From Elainellaceae cyanobacterium (GTDB taxonomy: Bacteria; Cyanobacteriota; Cyanobacteriia; CAZCXK01), in contig JBNPEG010000033.1 of the NCBI GenBank assembly GCA_051117555.1, positions 1 to 61,108 of the forward strand: a DNA stretch of 61,108 nt, in the 5' to 3' direction. Under the pieces are notes generated by a model. That model was not told the origin of the DNA and made no database searches. It was given only the letters and a program-made list of their open reading frames with translations. Position numbers and translations under genes: made by a program. Positions 1 to 10,592 of this stretch are shown here, one piece after another (the first letter of the stretch is position 1; every line of letters begins with the position of its first letter).

Positions 1-126
1 TTTTGGCGATAGCATCGAGATGCGGTTGCAGTTGGGCCTTTTGCTCCGGAGTCATGTTGCTACCCAGTGTCACGATAGCTCTATCCTCAACGCTTTCGCT
101 CAATTCTGCAAACCTGACATGCTCCC
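1..126 (-). mobile_element. End of an ISKra4-like (IS256/Mutator-related) insertion sequence, with the first 18 codons of its ORF (partial; runs off the window)
   Basis: Minus strand from ATG at 55 reads MTPEQKAQLQPHLDAIAK, like the N-terminus of cyanobacterial ISKra4-type transposase ORFs (recalled, not searched). Terminal sequence GGGAGCATGTCAGGTTTGCAGAATT (126-102) matches TIR-like ends at 1948-1972 and 56878-56902. Confidence 0.75.
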
Positions 127-197
127 GTGATTTTCACAGGATTTTTGTCGATTGATGCCAATTTGGTTGTTTTGAAGTCCGGAGAGCAAAAACGTAG

Positions 198-1727
198 ATG
201 CGACTAGAAAAATTCATGCAATTGTTTGGAAAAACGTGGCTTTATATCCTGCTTTTTCTATTGATCCCTTCCGTCGCACTGGCGCAAGATGAGGTAGCAA
301 GCGGTTCCTTTCTGGGTGCGATTAATGCGGCCTTTTCAAAATTCGTGGAAGTAGTGTTTGGTGTCCTCTTCTTTAGCGTTGGAGGATTTCCTCTAATCGT
401 GCTTTGGCTCGTAATCGGAGCCATTTTCTTTACGCTACGAATGGGGTTTATCAATATCCGCGCGTTTCGTCATGCGATTGATGTCGTACGCGGCAAGTAT
501 GACGACCCCAGTGAAGAGGGCGAAGTATCCCACTTCCAGGCGCTTTCAGCGGCGCTCTCTGCAACGGTCGGGCTCGGAAACATCGCCGGTGTGGCGATCG
601 CCATCAGCTTGGGAGGTCCGGGGGCTGCCCTGTGGATGACGCTAGGCGGGCTGTTTGGAATGAGCAGCAAGTTTGTTGAATGCACGCTAGGGCAAAAGTA
701 TCGGATTGTAAAGCCAGACGGCACGATCTCCGGCGGACCGATGCACTATCTCTCTAAAGGGTTAGAAGACCTAGGGCAGCGTAAGTTGGGTCAGGTGCTT
801 GCCGTTGCGTTTAGCTTTTTGTGCATCTGCGGCACATTTGGCGGGGCAAGCATGTTCCAGTCTAATCAGTCGTTTGGAGCTGTATCTACCGTCATTCCCG
901 CACTTCCGGGGTGGCTGTATGGGCTCGTTCTTGTCACCTTGGTTGCATTGGTGATCATCGGCGGCATCCAGCGGATTGGCATGGTCGCCGGAACGATTGT
1001 GCCGCTCATGTGCGCTCTCTACGTGCTTGCATCGCTTTGGATTTTGCTCGCCAACTTTACTGCAATTCCAGCCGCGATTAGCACCATCATCACCCAAGCA
1101 TTTTCGCCCCAAGCGGTGGGTGGCGGATTTGTCGGGGTAATGGTGCAGGGTCTGCGACGGTCTGCATTCTCGAATGAGGCAGGAATTGGGTCAGCGGCGA
1201 TCGCCCACTCTGCGGCTCGAACTGAAGAACCCGTTCGCGAAGGTATCGTAGCGCTGCTTGAGCCCTTCATCGATACGGTTGTCATTTGCAACATGACGGC
1301 TCTGGTCATCGTCATCACAGGCGTTTATAACAATCCTGAATTTTCGGGGCTTGGGGGCGCTGAGATGACGTCTGTTGCCTACGGTACTGTCTTGGGATGG
1401 TTCCCAGCAGTATTGGCGATCGCAGTCTTCTTCTTCGCCTTCTCCACCATGATTTCATGGGGCTATTATGGGGAACGCAGTTGGGAATATTTGTTTGGCG
1501 AACGCAGCTTAATTGTTTACAAAGGCTTATTTCTGTTAGCCATCTTTATTGGCTCTATCGCCAATCCGACGGCTGTGATCGATTTCAGTGATGGAATGCT
1601 GCTTGCGATGGCGTTTCCAAACTTGTTAGGAGCTTATTTCCTCTCAAACCAGGTTGCGCTTGACCTCAAAAACTATATGTATCGGCTCAATAAGGGGCAG
1701 ATGCTTCCCGTTGGCGAAAATGCATAG
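198..1727 (+). CDS. agcS: Alanine/glycine:cation symporter (AGCS family)
   Basis: Motifs TVGLGNIAGVA, GGPGA, GGPMHYL, FSNEAGIGSAAIAH, EPFIDT; many TM helices. Confidence 0.93.
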   Translation: MRLEKFMQLFGKTWLYILLFLLIPSVALAQDEVASGSFLGAINAAFSKFVEVVFGVLFFSVGGFPLIVLWLVIGAIFFTLRMGFINIRAFRHAIDVVRGKYDDPSEEGEVSHFQALSAALSATVGLGNIAGVAIAISLGGPGAALWMTLGGLFGMSSKFVECTLGQKYRIVKPDGTISGGPMHYLSKGLEDLGQRKLGQVLAVAFSFLCICGTFGGASMFQSNQSFGAVSTVIPALPGWLYGLVLVTLVALVIIGGIQRIGMVAGTIVPLMCALYVLASLWILLANFTAIPAAISTIITQAFSPQAVGGGFVGVMVQGLRRSAFSNEAGIGSAAIAHSAARTEEPVREGIVALLEPFIDTVVICNMTALVIVITGVYNNPEFSGLGGAEMTSVAYGTVLGWFPAVLAIAVFFFAFSTMISWGYYGERSWEYLFGERSLIVYKGLFLLAIFIGSIANPTAVIDFSDGMLLAMAFPNLLGAYFLSNQVALDLKNYMYRLNKGQMLPVGENA

Positions 1728-1844
1728 AATGCATAGCCCTCATTTCTAGAGGGGCTGTCAAGACAGGACATTTCTGTTCGATTGAATGTCTGATTGACCT
1801 TAACGAGGCGGCGATTTCCTTGGATGGGATTGACCTTATAAGTC

Positions 1845-1873
1845 AAAAAGGGGTGTATTTGCGCCCCTTTTTT
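1845..1873 (+). terminator. Rho-independent terminator after agcS (possibly bidirectional)
   Basis: Stem AAAAAGGGGTG...CGCCCCTTTTTT ending in a T tract. Confidence 0.65.
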
Positions 1874-1972
1874 GAGTGCATCCCAATCCTGCTCGTCGGC
1901 AAGATACCCTCACTACAAACTAAGGTTCCACTTGCGTAAATCCTGATAAATTTGCAAATGTGGAATGCTCCC
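1874..1972. mobile_element. Degenerate MITE or TIR remnant of the ISKra4-like family
   Basis: 1948-1972 matches the TIR at 56878-56902 in 21/25 nt. The weaker left end GAGTGCATCCCA is flanked by T runs. Confidence 0.55.
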
Positions 1973-2451
1973 TTTTTTTGATGCAATTTAGTCGCGGTGA
2001 AGATACTCTTCGACCATCACGCGCCGTTTGTGAATGGGCGTCGAGTGATAGTGTCCATAAAATTGGCTAAACTGCCAAAACTTTTTCAGAAATTCCCAAA
2101 ACCCATCCTTAACAGATTGAGAATTTTGAAGTTTTTGGTTGAGAGAGGTAGTCCCTATCAACATGTCAAACCTCCCGGTGATATTTAAGCAATAGTGCAG
2201 ACGAGGCGATCGCGGCTGCTAGCTATTGGGTTACAGTTTCAAAAATGCCCCATTACGCGATCGAAATCACATATTGACAAGCTCTATACGTCCTTCAGCG
2301 AACCTGTCACATCGCGATGTATCTCTTATTCCTCACTCTTTTAATCTAACGATCTTGCAGAGCAGGTTCAAACCATATTACACATGGTTTACATGAGTAG
2401 ATTCTATGGATTAAATCTGTTGAAATCCGACCTATTTTCTCAACGCCATGA

Positions 2452-3414
2452 GTGGTTAGTACCGTGTCATCATTGCTTCTTGCTCTCGATTTTGGCGGAA
2501 CCAAACATGCAGCCGCTACCGCAACTATCGGTTCGACGCAGTGGTTAGCCTATCGTCGTGCCGTGTCACCTCCCGATGCCAATCAAAAAACTGACTTGCA
2601 GATCATGCGATCGCTAATTCATGATGTGCTCGGTGACAAACGCCCCAATGCCATGGGTGTAAGTTTCGGTGGACCTGTCGATTTCACAACCGGAACGGTA
2701 CGCCTCTCTCACCACGTTCCAGGATGGGAGAATATACCGCTCCAAGCGTGGTTAGAAGACGAAATCGAGGTGCCCGTAAGCGTTGACAATGATGCCAATA
2801 TTGCGGCCCTGGGTGAATCGCGATTTGGAGCGGGACAGCCCTATGACAGTGTGCTGTATATAACGGTGAGCACGGGAGTCGGCGGCGGTTGGGTTCTGAA
2901 TAAGCAACCCTGGCGAGGCAGTAGAGGAATGGCCGGTGAAATCGGGCATACAGTCGTTGATCCGTCGGGACCTCTGTGTCTGTGCGGTAAGCGAGGCTGT
3001 GTCGAGCGCTTGGCCTCAGGCCCGTATCTGGCGCATGATGCGATCGCCCACCTGCAAGACCACCCCAATCAAGGCACCATTCTTCGAGAACTCGTCAACC
3101 ATCAGCTCCCCACCATCACCGCCCAGCACATCAGCGAAGCCGCTAATCGCGGAGATGAGTACGCCCAAATGCTAATTAAACGGGCAGGCTGGGCGATCGG
3201 CGTGGGGATTGGCAATGCCGCCAATCTAATTGCCCCTCAGGGCGTGGTGTTGGGCGGCGGCGTCACCAAAGCAGGAGAACACTTTTGGCATACGATTCGA
3301 GAAACAGCCTATAAAACTGCTCTCCCCGAAATTGCGTTTGATATTGTTCCGGCAGCATTGGGTGATGATGCGCCTCTCTGGGGGGCGATCGCCTTGGCTG
3401 AAAATCTAGTCTAG
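2452..3414 (+). CDS. ROK-family sugar kinase
   Basis: DFGGTK, DNDAN, STGVGGG, GEIGH and CLCGKRGCVE zinc motif; no N-terminal HTH. Confidence 0.9.
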   Translation: MVSTVSSLLLALDFGGTKHAAATATIGSTQWLAYRRAVSPPDANQKTDLQIMRSLIHDVLGDKRPNAMGVSFGGPVDFTTGTVRLSHHVPGWENIPLQAWLEDEIEVPVSVDNDANIAALGESRFGAGQPYDSVLYITVSTGVGGGWVLNKQPWRGSRGMAGEIGHTVVDPSGPLCLCGKRGCVERLASGPYLAHDAIAHLQDHPNQGTILRELVNHQLPTITAQHISEAANRGDEYAQMLIKRAGWAIGVGIGNAANLIAPQGVVLGGGVTKAGEHFWHTIRETAYKTALPEIAFDIVPAALGDDAPLWGAIALAENLV

Positions 3415-3986
3415 ACGAGAATATCCGATAGGTCTAAAACAAAACCCGGTAAAACCGGATCGCCCCTGAGTTCCTTAGGGTTTTCTAGCACGTCAACCGC
3501 ATGACCCGCTCGATAGCATTCAACCTGCTGCGTTGCTGGATCAATCAACCAGCCCAGCCGCAACCCATTGTCTAGATACTCTTGCATTTTCGGGCGAACG
3601 CTGGGCAGCGTATCACTGGGAGAGAGTAGCTCCACAGCAAAATCGGGACACAGGGGGATGAAGGAGCGGCGCTGCTCAGGAGTGAGCGCTTGCCATCGCG
3701 CTTTGGTGATCCAGGCGGCGTCGGGAGAGCGGGTTGCCCCATTGGGCAACGTGAACCCTGTGGATGAGTCGAAGGTGACACCGAGCTGAGTTTGACGATT
3801 CCATGCCCAGAGTTGCCCCGTCAATGACGAATTACGCTCTCCGGTTTCTCCTCCAGTGGGTGGCATGATCACCAATTCTCCAGTTGCGGTGCGTTCCAGC
3901 CGCAAATCCTGATTATGGCGGCAGAGTGCTGCAAACTGCTCATGAGTCAGCTCGATTAGCGGATGCAGATTTAGAACCATCGACAT
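3411..3986 (-). CDS. Uma2 (DUF820) family PD-(D/E)XK endonuclease-like protein
   Basis: LERTATGELVIMPP, RSPDAAW, CPDFAVELLSPSD, LGWLIDP. Confidence 0.92.
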   Translation of the reverse strand: MSMVLNLHPLIELTHEQFAALCRHNQDLRLERTATGELVIMPPTGGETGERNSSLTGQLWAWNRQTQLGVTFDSSTGFTLPNGATRSPDAAWITKARWQALTPEQRRSFIPLCPDFAVELLSPSDTLPSVRPKMQEYLDNGLRLGWLIDPATQQVECYRAGHAVDVLENPKELRGDPVLPGFVLDLSDILV

Positions 3987-3996
3987 AGGTCCCTCC

Positions 3997-4572
3997 TTAC
4001 GCCTGACTCTCCCAGATTTGCTCCACCGTCACGCTCACCTGCGGCACCTCCAACGAGGCGATCGCTTCATTCTCTCGAAATACTCCAACTTCTGTATAAC
4101 CATCGCCCTCTAAATGTAGCACCGTCACCTGCCGCGCATCTGGATCAACAATCCAGTATTCAGGAATGCCGATATCTTGATACTGCTGCCGCTTGGCTCG
4201 ATAGTCGCGTTCACGCTGCAACTCGCCGGGGCTGACGACTTCGATCACCAGCAGAGGCGGAGCCATAAATAAGCGAATAGTGTTGCGTGATTTGAGCTGC
4301 TGAATATGCTCTGGGCGAATGATGGTCAAATCAGGATAGCGGTTCTTGGGTTCCCCCATCACTTCCAACTCTAGTCCATGTCCCCGCACTCGATCAGGTC
4401 CTAAGATAAGCGCAAATTGCAGAAACAGGCGATTGGCAATTTGCACGTTATCTCCAGATTCGGGAGGCACTTCAATCAATTCTCCATTGAAGAGTTCATA
4501 CAGCCGATCGGTTCCATCGTCGTAGGAGAGATAGTCATCGAAGCTCAAAAATCTGGGTTTTGTCTGGATCAT
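3997..4572 (-). CDS. Uma2 (DUF820) family protein
   Basis: YELFNGELIEVPPES, RYPDL, PLLVIEVVSPG, GIPEYWIVDP. Confidence 0.92.
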   Translation of the reverse strand: MIQTKPRFLSFDDYLSYDDGTDRLYELFNGELIEVPPESGDNVQIANRLFLQFALILGPDRVRGHGLELEVMGEPKNRYPDLTIIRPEHIQQLKSRNTIRLFMAPPLLVIEVVSPGELQRERDYRAKRQQYQDIGIPEYWIVDPDARQVTVLHLEGDGYTEVGVFRENEAIASLEVPQVSVTVEQIWESQA

Positions 4573-4608
4573 GACGAGGTTGCAAATTGGGACGTAATCA
4601 ACCTGGTG

Positions 4609-4672
4609 GTAGGGGCGAAGCAGAATTTGTGGGTTTTGTTTCGTAGATATCGGCGGAATGCTTCGCTCCTAC
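4609..4672. repeat. GTAG-type REP doublet (REPIN-like inverted repeat)
   Basis: GTAGGGGCGAAGCA...TGCTTCGCTCCTAC; abuts the leuS stop codon. Confidence 0.7.
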
Positions 4673-7245
4673 TAATTCGCAATTACAAAATTCACTAGCT
4701 TTCCTGGCACAACAATGACTTTTTTTACCTCTTTTTCGCCGATATACCGCTGAGCCACCTCAGACTCGCGGGCGTAGGTTTCTAGCTCAGCCTTATTGGC
4801 TTGGGCTGGAACCTGAATCGTGCCACGTGTCTTACCCATAATTTGAATCACGAGAGTAATTTCATCGACGACTAACGCATCGGGATCAACCGTAGGAAAG
4901 GTCTGCCGATGAATGGAATCCGTATGCCCCAAACTATGCCACAACTCTTCTGTAACATGCGGAGCAAATGGCGCTAACAGCAACAGCAGCGTTCGAATGC
5001 CTTCTGCATAGACCGGAGACTGAGTGCAGGATGCATCTGACAATGCATTGCTGAGCTTCATCAGCTCGGAGACTGCCGTATTAAACTGATAGTCACCGTT
5101 TAGATCATCGCTGACTTCTTGAATCGCATAATGGATGGCATAGCGAAGATCCTTCTCAGGCTTTGTCAAAGTTCCGCCATCGGGGGCTGCTATCGTTCCT
5201 TGAGCAGCAAATTCGGTTACGAGCCGCCAAACCCGATTGATAAACCGGAATTGCCCCTCTACGTCAGCATCATCCCACTCCAAATCTTTCTCCGGCGGAG
5301 CTTTGAAGAGAATAAACATCCGCGCTGTGTCAGCGCCATATTTGCTCAACACGTCAGCCGGGTCAACGCCGTTATATTTTGACTTCGACATCTTTTCGTA
5401 GAAGACAGATAAGGGCTGTCCCGTTTCTGGATCACGTGGATCGTTGGGGTCAACCTGATCGGGAGGAATATAGCGCCCTGTTTCTGGATTTTTATAGGTC
5501 ATAGCTTGTACCATGCCTTGAGTTAAAAGCCGTTGGAATGGCTCATCAAAATTGAGCAGGCCGCGATCGCGCAAAAATTTGGTAAAGAATCGAGAATAGA
5601 GCAGGTGAAGAATAGCGTGCTCGATGCCGCCTACATACTGATCGACGGGCAACCAGTCATTCACCTTCTTTGGATCGAAAACTTGTTGAGCATTATTGGC
5701 GTCGGCATAGCGCAAAAAATACCACGACGAATCGATGAATGTATCCATCGTGTCAGTTTCGCGCCTAGCAGATTCGCCACAGCTCGGGCAGGGCACATTA
5801 ATCCAATGATCGAGTTTTGCTAAGGGCGAAGGTCCACGTCCAGAAAATTTCACATCTTCAGGCAACACCACTGGAAGCTGATCATCCGGCACTGGCACAG
5901 TTCCGCATGACGGACAATGAATCACCGGAATGGGTGCCCCCCAGTAGCGCTGACGCGAAATCAACCAGTCGCGCAGCCGATAGTTAATCCGGCGATCGCC
6001 CTTACCCATTTTCTCTAACCAGGCGATCGCTGCTTCGACACTTTGTCCTTCATCTTTGCCAGCAGGCACCCCATCCAGCGGGCCCGAATTCACCATTACG
6101 CCATCATGGGGAAATGCCTCGGTCATCGTGTCAGCGTCTAGGGGCTGGTCAACGGGTTGAACGACTACCTTAATCGGCAGATCAAACGCCTTTGCAAACT
6201 CAAAGTCTCTTTGGTCATGGGCAGGCACCGCCATGATGGCTCCTGTTCCGTATCCCATCAGCACATAGTCTGCGATCCAGATCGGAACTTTTTCACCATT
6301 CACCGGATTGAGCGCATAGCCACCCGTCCAGACGCCGGTTTTCTCGCGATCTTCCGCAGTGCGATCGATCTCGCTTTTGTTGGCTGCATCAGCCTGATAG
6401 GCGGTGATGTGCTTAGCCTGATCGGGGGTTGTGACAGTTTCAACCAGAGGATGCTCGGGCGAGAGCACCATAAACGTCGCTCCCCAGAGCGTATCCGGGC
6501 GTGTCGTAAAGACGGGAAGCTCATCCCCAGTCTCGGTTTTGAAGATTACCTCAGCGCCAGTTGACTTGCCAATCCAATTTTCTTGCATGAGCTTGACCCG
6601 ATCGGGCCAACCCGTCAACTGATCCAGATCAGCCAATAATTGCTCAGCATAATCGGTAATCTTAAGAAACCACTGCTTTAGCAAACGCCGCTCCACTTTG
6701 GCGCCCGATCGCCAGGATCGTCCATCGCTATCCACTTGCTCATTAGCAAGCACGGTTTGATCAATCGGGTCCCAATTGACGGCTGCTTCTTGCTGATAGG
6801 CTAATCCCGCCTTAAAAAATTCTAAGAAAATCCACTGCGTCCAATGGTAGTAATCTGCAGAGCAGGTGGTGACTTCCCGATTCCAATCAAACGAAATGCC
6901 AATCTGTCGCATCTGATCTCGCATCTGGTCGATATTTTGATGCGTCCAGGTGGCAGGATGGATGCCCCGATCAATCGCTGCATTCTCAGCCGGAAGCCCA
7001 AATGCATCCCAGCCCATTGGGTTTAGCACTCGATGACCCTGCATGCGTTTGAGACGAGCAATGACATCGGTAATTGTATAGACGCGAACATGGCCCATAT
7101 GCAGCTTTCCCGATGGGTAGGGAAACATCGAAAGCGCATAAAACTTGGGGCGATCGCGGTTTTCTGGGGTTTTGTCAAGGTGCTGCTCAGCCCAGATCTG
7201 TTGCCACTTCTCCTCAATTGCTGCCGAGTTATAACGGGACTCCAC
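4672..7245 (-). CDS. leuS: Leucine--tRNA ligase
   Basis: [12 protein letters not shown] (HIGH), KMSKSK, CP1 editing motif FTTRPDT, GKLVNFV C-terminus. Confidence 0.98.
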   Translation of the reverse strand: MESRYNSAAIEEKWQQIWAEQHLDKTPENRDRPKFYALSMFPYPSGKLHMGHVRVYTITDVIARLKRMQGHRVLNPMGWDAFGLPAENAAIDRGIHPATWTHQNIDQMRDQMRQIGISFDWNREVTTCSADYYHWTQWIFLEFFKAGLAYQQEAAVNWDPIDQTVLANEQVDSDGRSWRSGAKVERRLLKQWFLKITDYAEQLLADLDQLTGWPDRVKLMQENWIGKSTGAEVIFKTETGDELPVFTTRPDTLWGATFMVLSPEHPLVETVTTPDQAKHITAYQADAANKSEIDRTAEDREKTGVWTGGYALNPVNGEKVPIWIADYVLMGYGTGAIMAVPAHDQRDFEFAKAFDLPIKVVVQPVDQPLDADTMTEAFPHDGVMVNSGPLDGVPAGKDEGQSVEAAIAWLEKMGKGDRRINYRLRDWLISRQRYWGAPIPVIHCPSCGTVPVPDDQLPVVLPEDVKFSGRGPSPLAKLDHWINVPCPSCGESARRETDTMDTFIDSSWYFLRYADANNAQQVFDPKKVNDWLPVDQYVGGIEHAILHLLYSRFFTKFLRDRGLLNFDEPFQRLLTQGMVQAMTYKNPETGRYIPPDQVDPNDPRDPETGQPLSVFYEKMSKSKYNGVDPADVLSKYGADTARMFILFKAPPEKDLEWDDADVEGQFRFINRVWRLVTEFAAQGTIAAPDGGTLTKPEKDLRYAIHYAIQEVSDDLNGDYQFNTAVSELMKLSNALSDASCTQSPVYAEGIRTLLLLLAPFAPHVTEELWHSLGHTDSIHRQTFPTVDPDALVVDEITLVIQIMGKTRGTIQVPAQANKAELETYARESEVAQRYIGEKEVKKVIVVPGKLVNFVIAN

Positions 7246-7313
7246 AGGCAGAACTCCTCTTGCGAATCGGGTCTGTCTCCATCATTCTAGTTCCTGAGAC
7301 TCACGACAGGCTA

Positions 7314-7745
7314 ATGAGTATGACCCAAAGTAACGTCAGCGTATTCGTCTATGGGACTCTGCAACCCGGAGAGTTTTACTACTCCCAATACTGTGCTGAG
7401 ACGGTTGTGGCAAGCTGTCGGGCGATCGCCCACGGACTGCTATTTGATTTACCAGCCGGATATCCAGCCATGACAAAAGGAGAGGGGATCGTACGCGGAT
7501 TCCTCCTCTCCTTTGATGACAGTAGTGTTTTGGCATCCCTAGATGAATTAGAAGAGTATCATCCAGAACGCGCCGATACTGAAAACGAATACCAGCGTCA
7601 ATGCGTTGAGGTATTTACTCTCAACCATCAACCCCTTGGTTTCGCGTGGACGTATCTGATGAGCATTGAGCAGGCAACCCAACTCGGTGGCATCTTGATT
7701 CCCCACGGTAAATGGAGCGCACACCGGCAAAACTCAGCCCTGTAA
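7314..7745 (+). CDS. Gamma-glutamylcyclotransferase (AIG2-like) family protein
   Basis: VFVYGTL, GYPAM, LDELE, EYQR motifs. Start reassigned to ATG 7314 because the ORF-track extension overlaps leuS. Confidence 0.88.
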   Translation: MSMTQSNVSVFVYGTLQPGEFYYSQYCAETVVASCRAIAHGLLFDLPAGYPAMTKGEGIVRGFLLSFDDSSVLASLDELEEYHPERADTENEYQRQCVEVFTLNHQPLGFAWTYLMSIEQATQLGGILIPHGKWSAHRQNSAL

Positions 7746-7771
7746 CCGTAAAACCAAGATGCCAAATCTAG

Positions 7772-8443
7772 CTATTGCTGGACTAATATCCCGCCCTCTG
7801 CCGTGATTAAGGGCTCGTTGACGGATATCATCAACGCATCTGAGGGCAGAGATGAAATTGGGTCAGATACAACTGACTTTTCACCTAAGGAGAGCTTTTG
7901 ATCCTCAAGTGAACTCATCACCGATTCATCTGGTGAGAGCCCATCTTCGTTGCCACCACTGAAAAAGTTAGCTGCGTATTGAAGTTGCGGCAGGTTGCCA
8001 GAAAATAAACTGACTAACAGCACCGCTGCTGCCGTCCCGCCCCATACCAATGCACGTCGGGGTCGACGATCAAGCCGAGAAAATACTTGGTCAACCGTCT
8101 CCTCAACATCAGGATGAACTGATGTTGACTGCATTGATATAACGCTCATGTTTCGGCGCAGTTGGATCAACCGAACATAAAGACACTGAATTTCGGGGTC
8201 ATTCCTCAGCCAGTCTTCAACCTGGCGTCGTTCTTCAGGTCGCAACTCAGAATCTATGTATGCGCTTAACGTTTCATAGCAATCTCGTTTCAAATTATCC
8301 AAGGGGCAGGGGGAGTCTGCTGAATTTCCGTCATTATGAAGATGAGGAGCAGCTAACTGCCTCCTGGAGTCATTATTGTCATTGAAGTTGGAGGTCATCT
8401 TTGAGGATTTCCATTCATGAGCAAAATGGCGGGGCATGATCAA
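7772..8443 (-). CDS. Membrane anti-sigma factor cognate to SigG (start may be MTSNF at 8398)
   Basis: zf-HC2-like ETLSAYIDSELRPEERRQVE followed by one TM segment; directly downstream of the ECF sigma gene. Confidence 0.85.
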   Translation of the reverse strand: MIMPRHFAHEWKSSKMTSNFNDNNDSRRQLAAPHLHNDGNSADSPCPLDNLKRDCYETLSAYIDSELRPEERRQVEDWLRNDPEIQCLYVRLIQLRRNMSVISMQSTSVHPDVEETVDQVFSRLDRRPRRALVWGGTAAAVLLVSLFSGNLPQLQYAANFFSGGNEDGLSPDESVMSSLEDQKLSLGEKSVVSDPISSLPSDALMISVNEPLITAEGGILVQQ

Positions 8444-8878
8444 ACTGGTTTCAGCCTTTTACCAGTCATTCATCATATTCTATGTAAAAAACTGCTCTGG
8501 ATGTCAGTCAATTCGAGGACGCTTTTCGGCATTGTGGACATGCGATAGGTTAATACGGAGCAGTCTTAACATACGAATTAGAATCTATGACGCACGTTGG
8601 TAATTGTTTGCTCCTGCTTTCCCCAAAAAGTTTGCCTTAACCTGCTATGCCATCCGGCAAGCTAACGAATCCAGACGCTTCAACATAAATATCACCCTAG
8701 TTCTTAGCGGGCACCGCAATTAATAATTAAGAAATTCAAGAGACTGAGCCCAGCAGATATGACTCATCGTGCGCTCAGTCTCAATCAATCAATTGGTAGA
8801 TATAAAAATTTGGTAGATGAATTAAACATTACCACACTGCTCAAATATATAGAGGCAGTGCGGTAACCAGCAGATGAG

Positions 8879-9541
8879 TTAACTAGCATCCAAATATCGT
8901 TGGAGCTGAATTTGAAGCCGCTGGCGGGCTCTTGCGATTCTAGATTTTACTGTTCCAAGAGAGACGCCGGTAATTTCGGCAATCTCTTCATATGCCATGC
9001 CTTCAATCTCACGCAGGACAATGGTCGTTCGGAATACTTCGGGTAAATCAGCGATCGCATCCCGGAGCTGATCATAAAATTCACGGGTAATCAGATCCTC
9101 GGCAGGACCTGGATCAGCAGAGGCAATTTCCCAATCCATTTCACCATCTGCTGCTTGTCTGGGGGCATCCAGAGACAGAGGGCTATGAACCCGCTTACGC
9201 TTGCGAAGCTCATCATAAAAGAGATTGGTGGTAATCCGAGTCAACCAACTCCGAAACTTGGGAGGCTCTTGCAATCGCTTGACATTCCGATAGACACGAA
9301 TCCAAACCTCTTGACAGAGGTCTGCCCGATCTGACCAGTCTGGGGCGAGATGATAAAGAACTTTCTCCACGTGCGATTGATAGCGGCGGATTAGCTCTGC
9401 AAAGGCGACCCGGTTGGGTCGTACCCCCATCTGACAGCGCAGGATCAGGTCGTAGTGTGAAAGTTTCTCCGGAGAGATCGACTTTAAGTCTGTCGACGTG
9501 TCTGGGTGGTGTGTGAAGACCGTATTCGCAGCAAGATTCAT
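8879..9541 (-). CDS. sigG: ECF RNA polymerase sigma factor, cyanobacterial SigG type
   Basis: LAPDWSDRADLCQEVWIRVYRN; region 4 YEEIAEITGVSLGTVKSRIARAR. Confidence 0.92.
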   Translation of the reverse strand: MNLAANTVFTHHPDTSTDLKSISPEKLSHYDLILRCQMGVRPNRVAFAELIRRYQSHVEKVLYHLAPDWSDRADLCQEVWIRVYRNVKRLQEPPKFRSWLTRITTNLFYDELRKRKRVHSPLSLDAPRQAADGEMDWEIASADPGPAEDLITREFYDQLRDAIADLPEVFRTTIVLREIEGMAYEEIAEITGVSLGTVKSRIARARQRLQIQLQRYLDAS

Positions 9542-10066
9542 GGGTTAGATTCGGCTACAAGAACTCGTTTACGATAAGGCTTAAATCTACCGTTAAGTGC
9601 GATCGCACTCAGGTAAACCCAATTGCATCCTATATGCAGACATATGTAGTCAGCTAGCCGATGGGGGGCGCATAGACGCTCTGACCGGCATATGGTCTGA
9701 AGACGCAACTAGAAACCTCTACCACTTCGAGAATTTATTTGGTTTATCTGTTAATAAGCTTGTCTATCAAGCTTAGGCTTAGCACTTTTAGACCCTGATC
9801 GTTCGCATTTAGCCCCGAAGTGTTGTAGCTACTTTATCCTCATCCACTGATGAAACCCACCTAACCGTAGGACAGTTTTTATTCTCCGAAGAACTGGCAC
9901 ATCCGCTTTGATACCCGCATTGATTGAATTTCAGCCCTAATTTCTGCTCAACAAACATCTGCTCAAATCCTTGTCAATAAGGGCGATCGCCTCTTTTGGG
10001 TGTATCCATTCAGCTCAATTGAGGCTGACTAGGTCTTGCGATTTTTAAAAGTCTGTGCTTAGTGAA

Positions 10067-10095
10067 TAGACGCCTTAAACACGAGCCAGAGTTCC
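10067..10095 (-). promoter_or_regulatory. Putative ECF-type (autoregulatory SigG) promoter
   Basis: Minus strand GGAACT-N17-CGTCTA, pointing toward sigG. Confidence 0.55.
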
Positions 10096-10231
10096 CCAGC
10101 CGAGCTACCGAAGCGGCTAACCCGTCGAACAGGCGATCGCCCGTCGAGTGCCCCAATATTCTGATTCTATGCTCTGTGCTTGGGAAGGAAAGGGGCGATC
10201 GCTTGGAATAAGAGGGACACGACAGCGCTAA

Positions 10232-10592
10232 TTAACTCTCTGGTGGCTCATCCTCGTCAGCAGGGGGGAGCGGAATGGGCTCAAATGTCTTGGTATCGTC
10301 TTGGTGAAGCTGATGGGCGAGATCAGCTTCACCAAGACGCTCTAGTATGGGCAGGAGATCGCTGAAGCTGCGGAAGCCTAACTCCTCTAGGTCTTCCATT
10401 GTGATAGTCTCATCCGACTCGGCTTTGAAAGAGATTAAACACCTGACGCAGTTCATTGACCCGACCTGTAAAGATACGTCGCAGCGTCTCGCTCTCCAGA
10501 TCGACGGGACTTTCGGTAAACGGAATTTCTCTCAGTCCTAGCCGTTTAACGTTGTCAAACGACTCATCGAAAATGTCGTCGGCAGTGGTCAT
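10232..10592 (-). pseudogene. Internally deleted gene, probably an AAA/P-loop ATPase
   Basis: N-terminus MTTADD...IFTGRVNELRQV resembles the segment preceding Walker A in STAND-like ATPases. It joins out of frame (near 10420) a C-terminal segment ...EDLEELGFRSFSDLLPILERL.... Start overlaps the TPR stop (ATGA). Confidence 0.6.

Noticed and set aside
7074..7313. N-terminal extension of the GGCT ORF, and similar extensions of ruvX (40422-40595) and Uma2 (12909-13076)
   Set aside because: They overlap other genes or repeats; downstream ATGs fit the family N-termini.
10410..10456. Programmed frameshift joining the two small ATPase-like ORFs
   Set aside because: The joined product would still lack a P-loop core; deletion is the simpler explanation.
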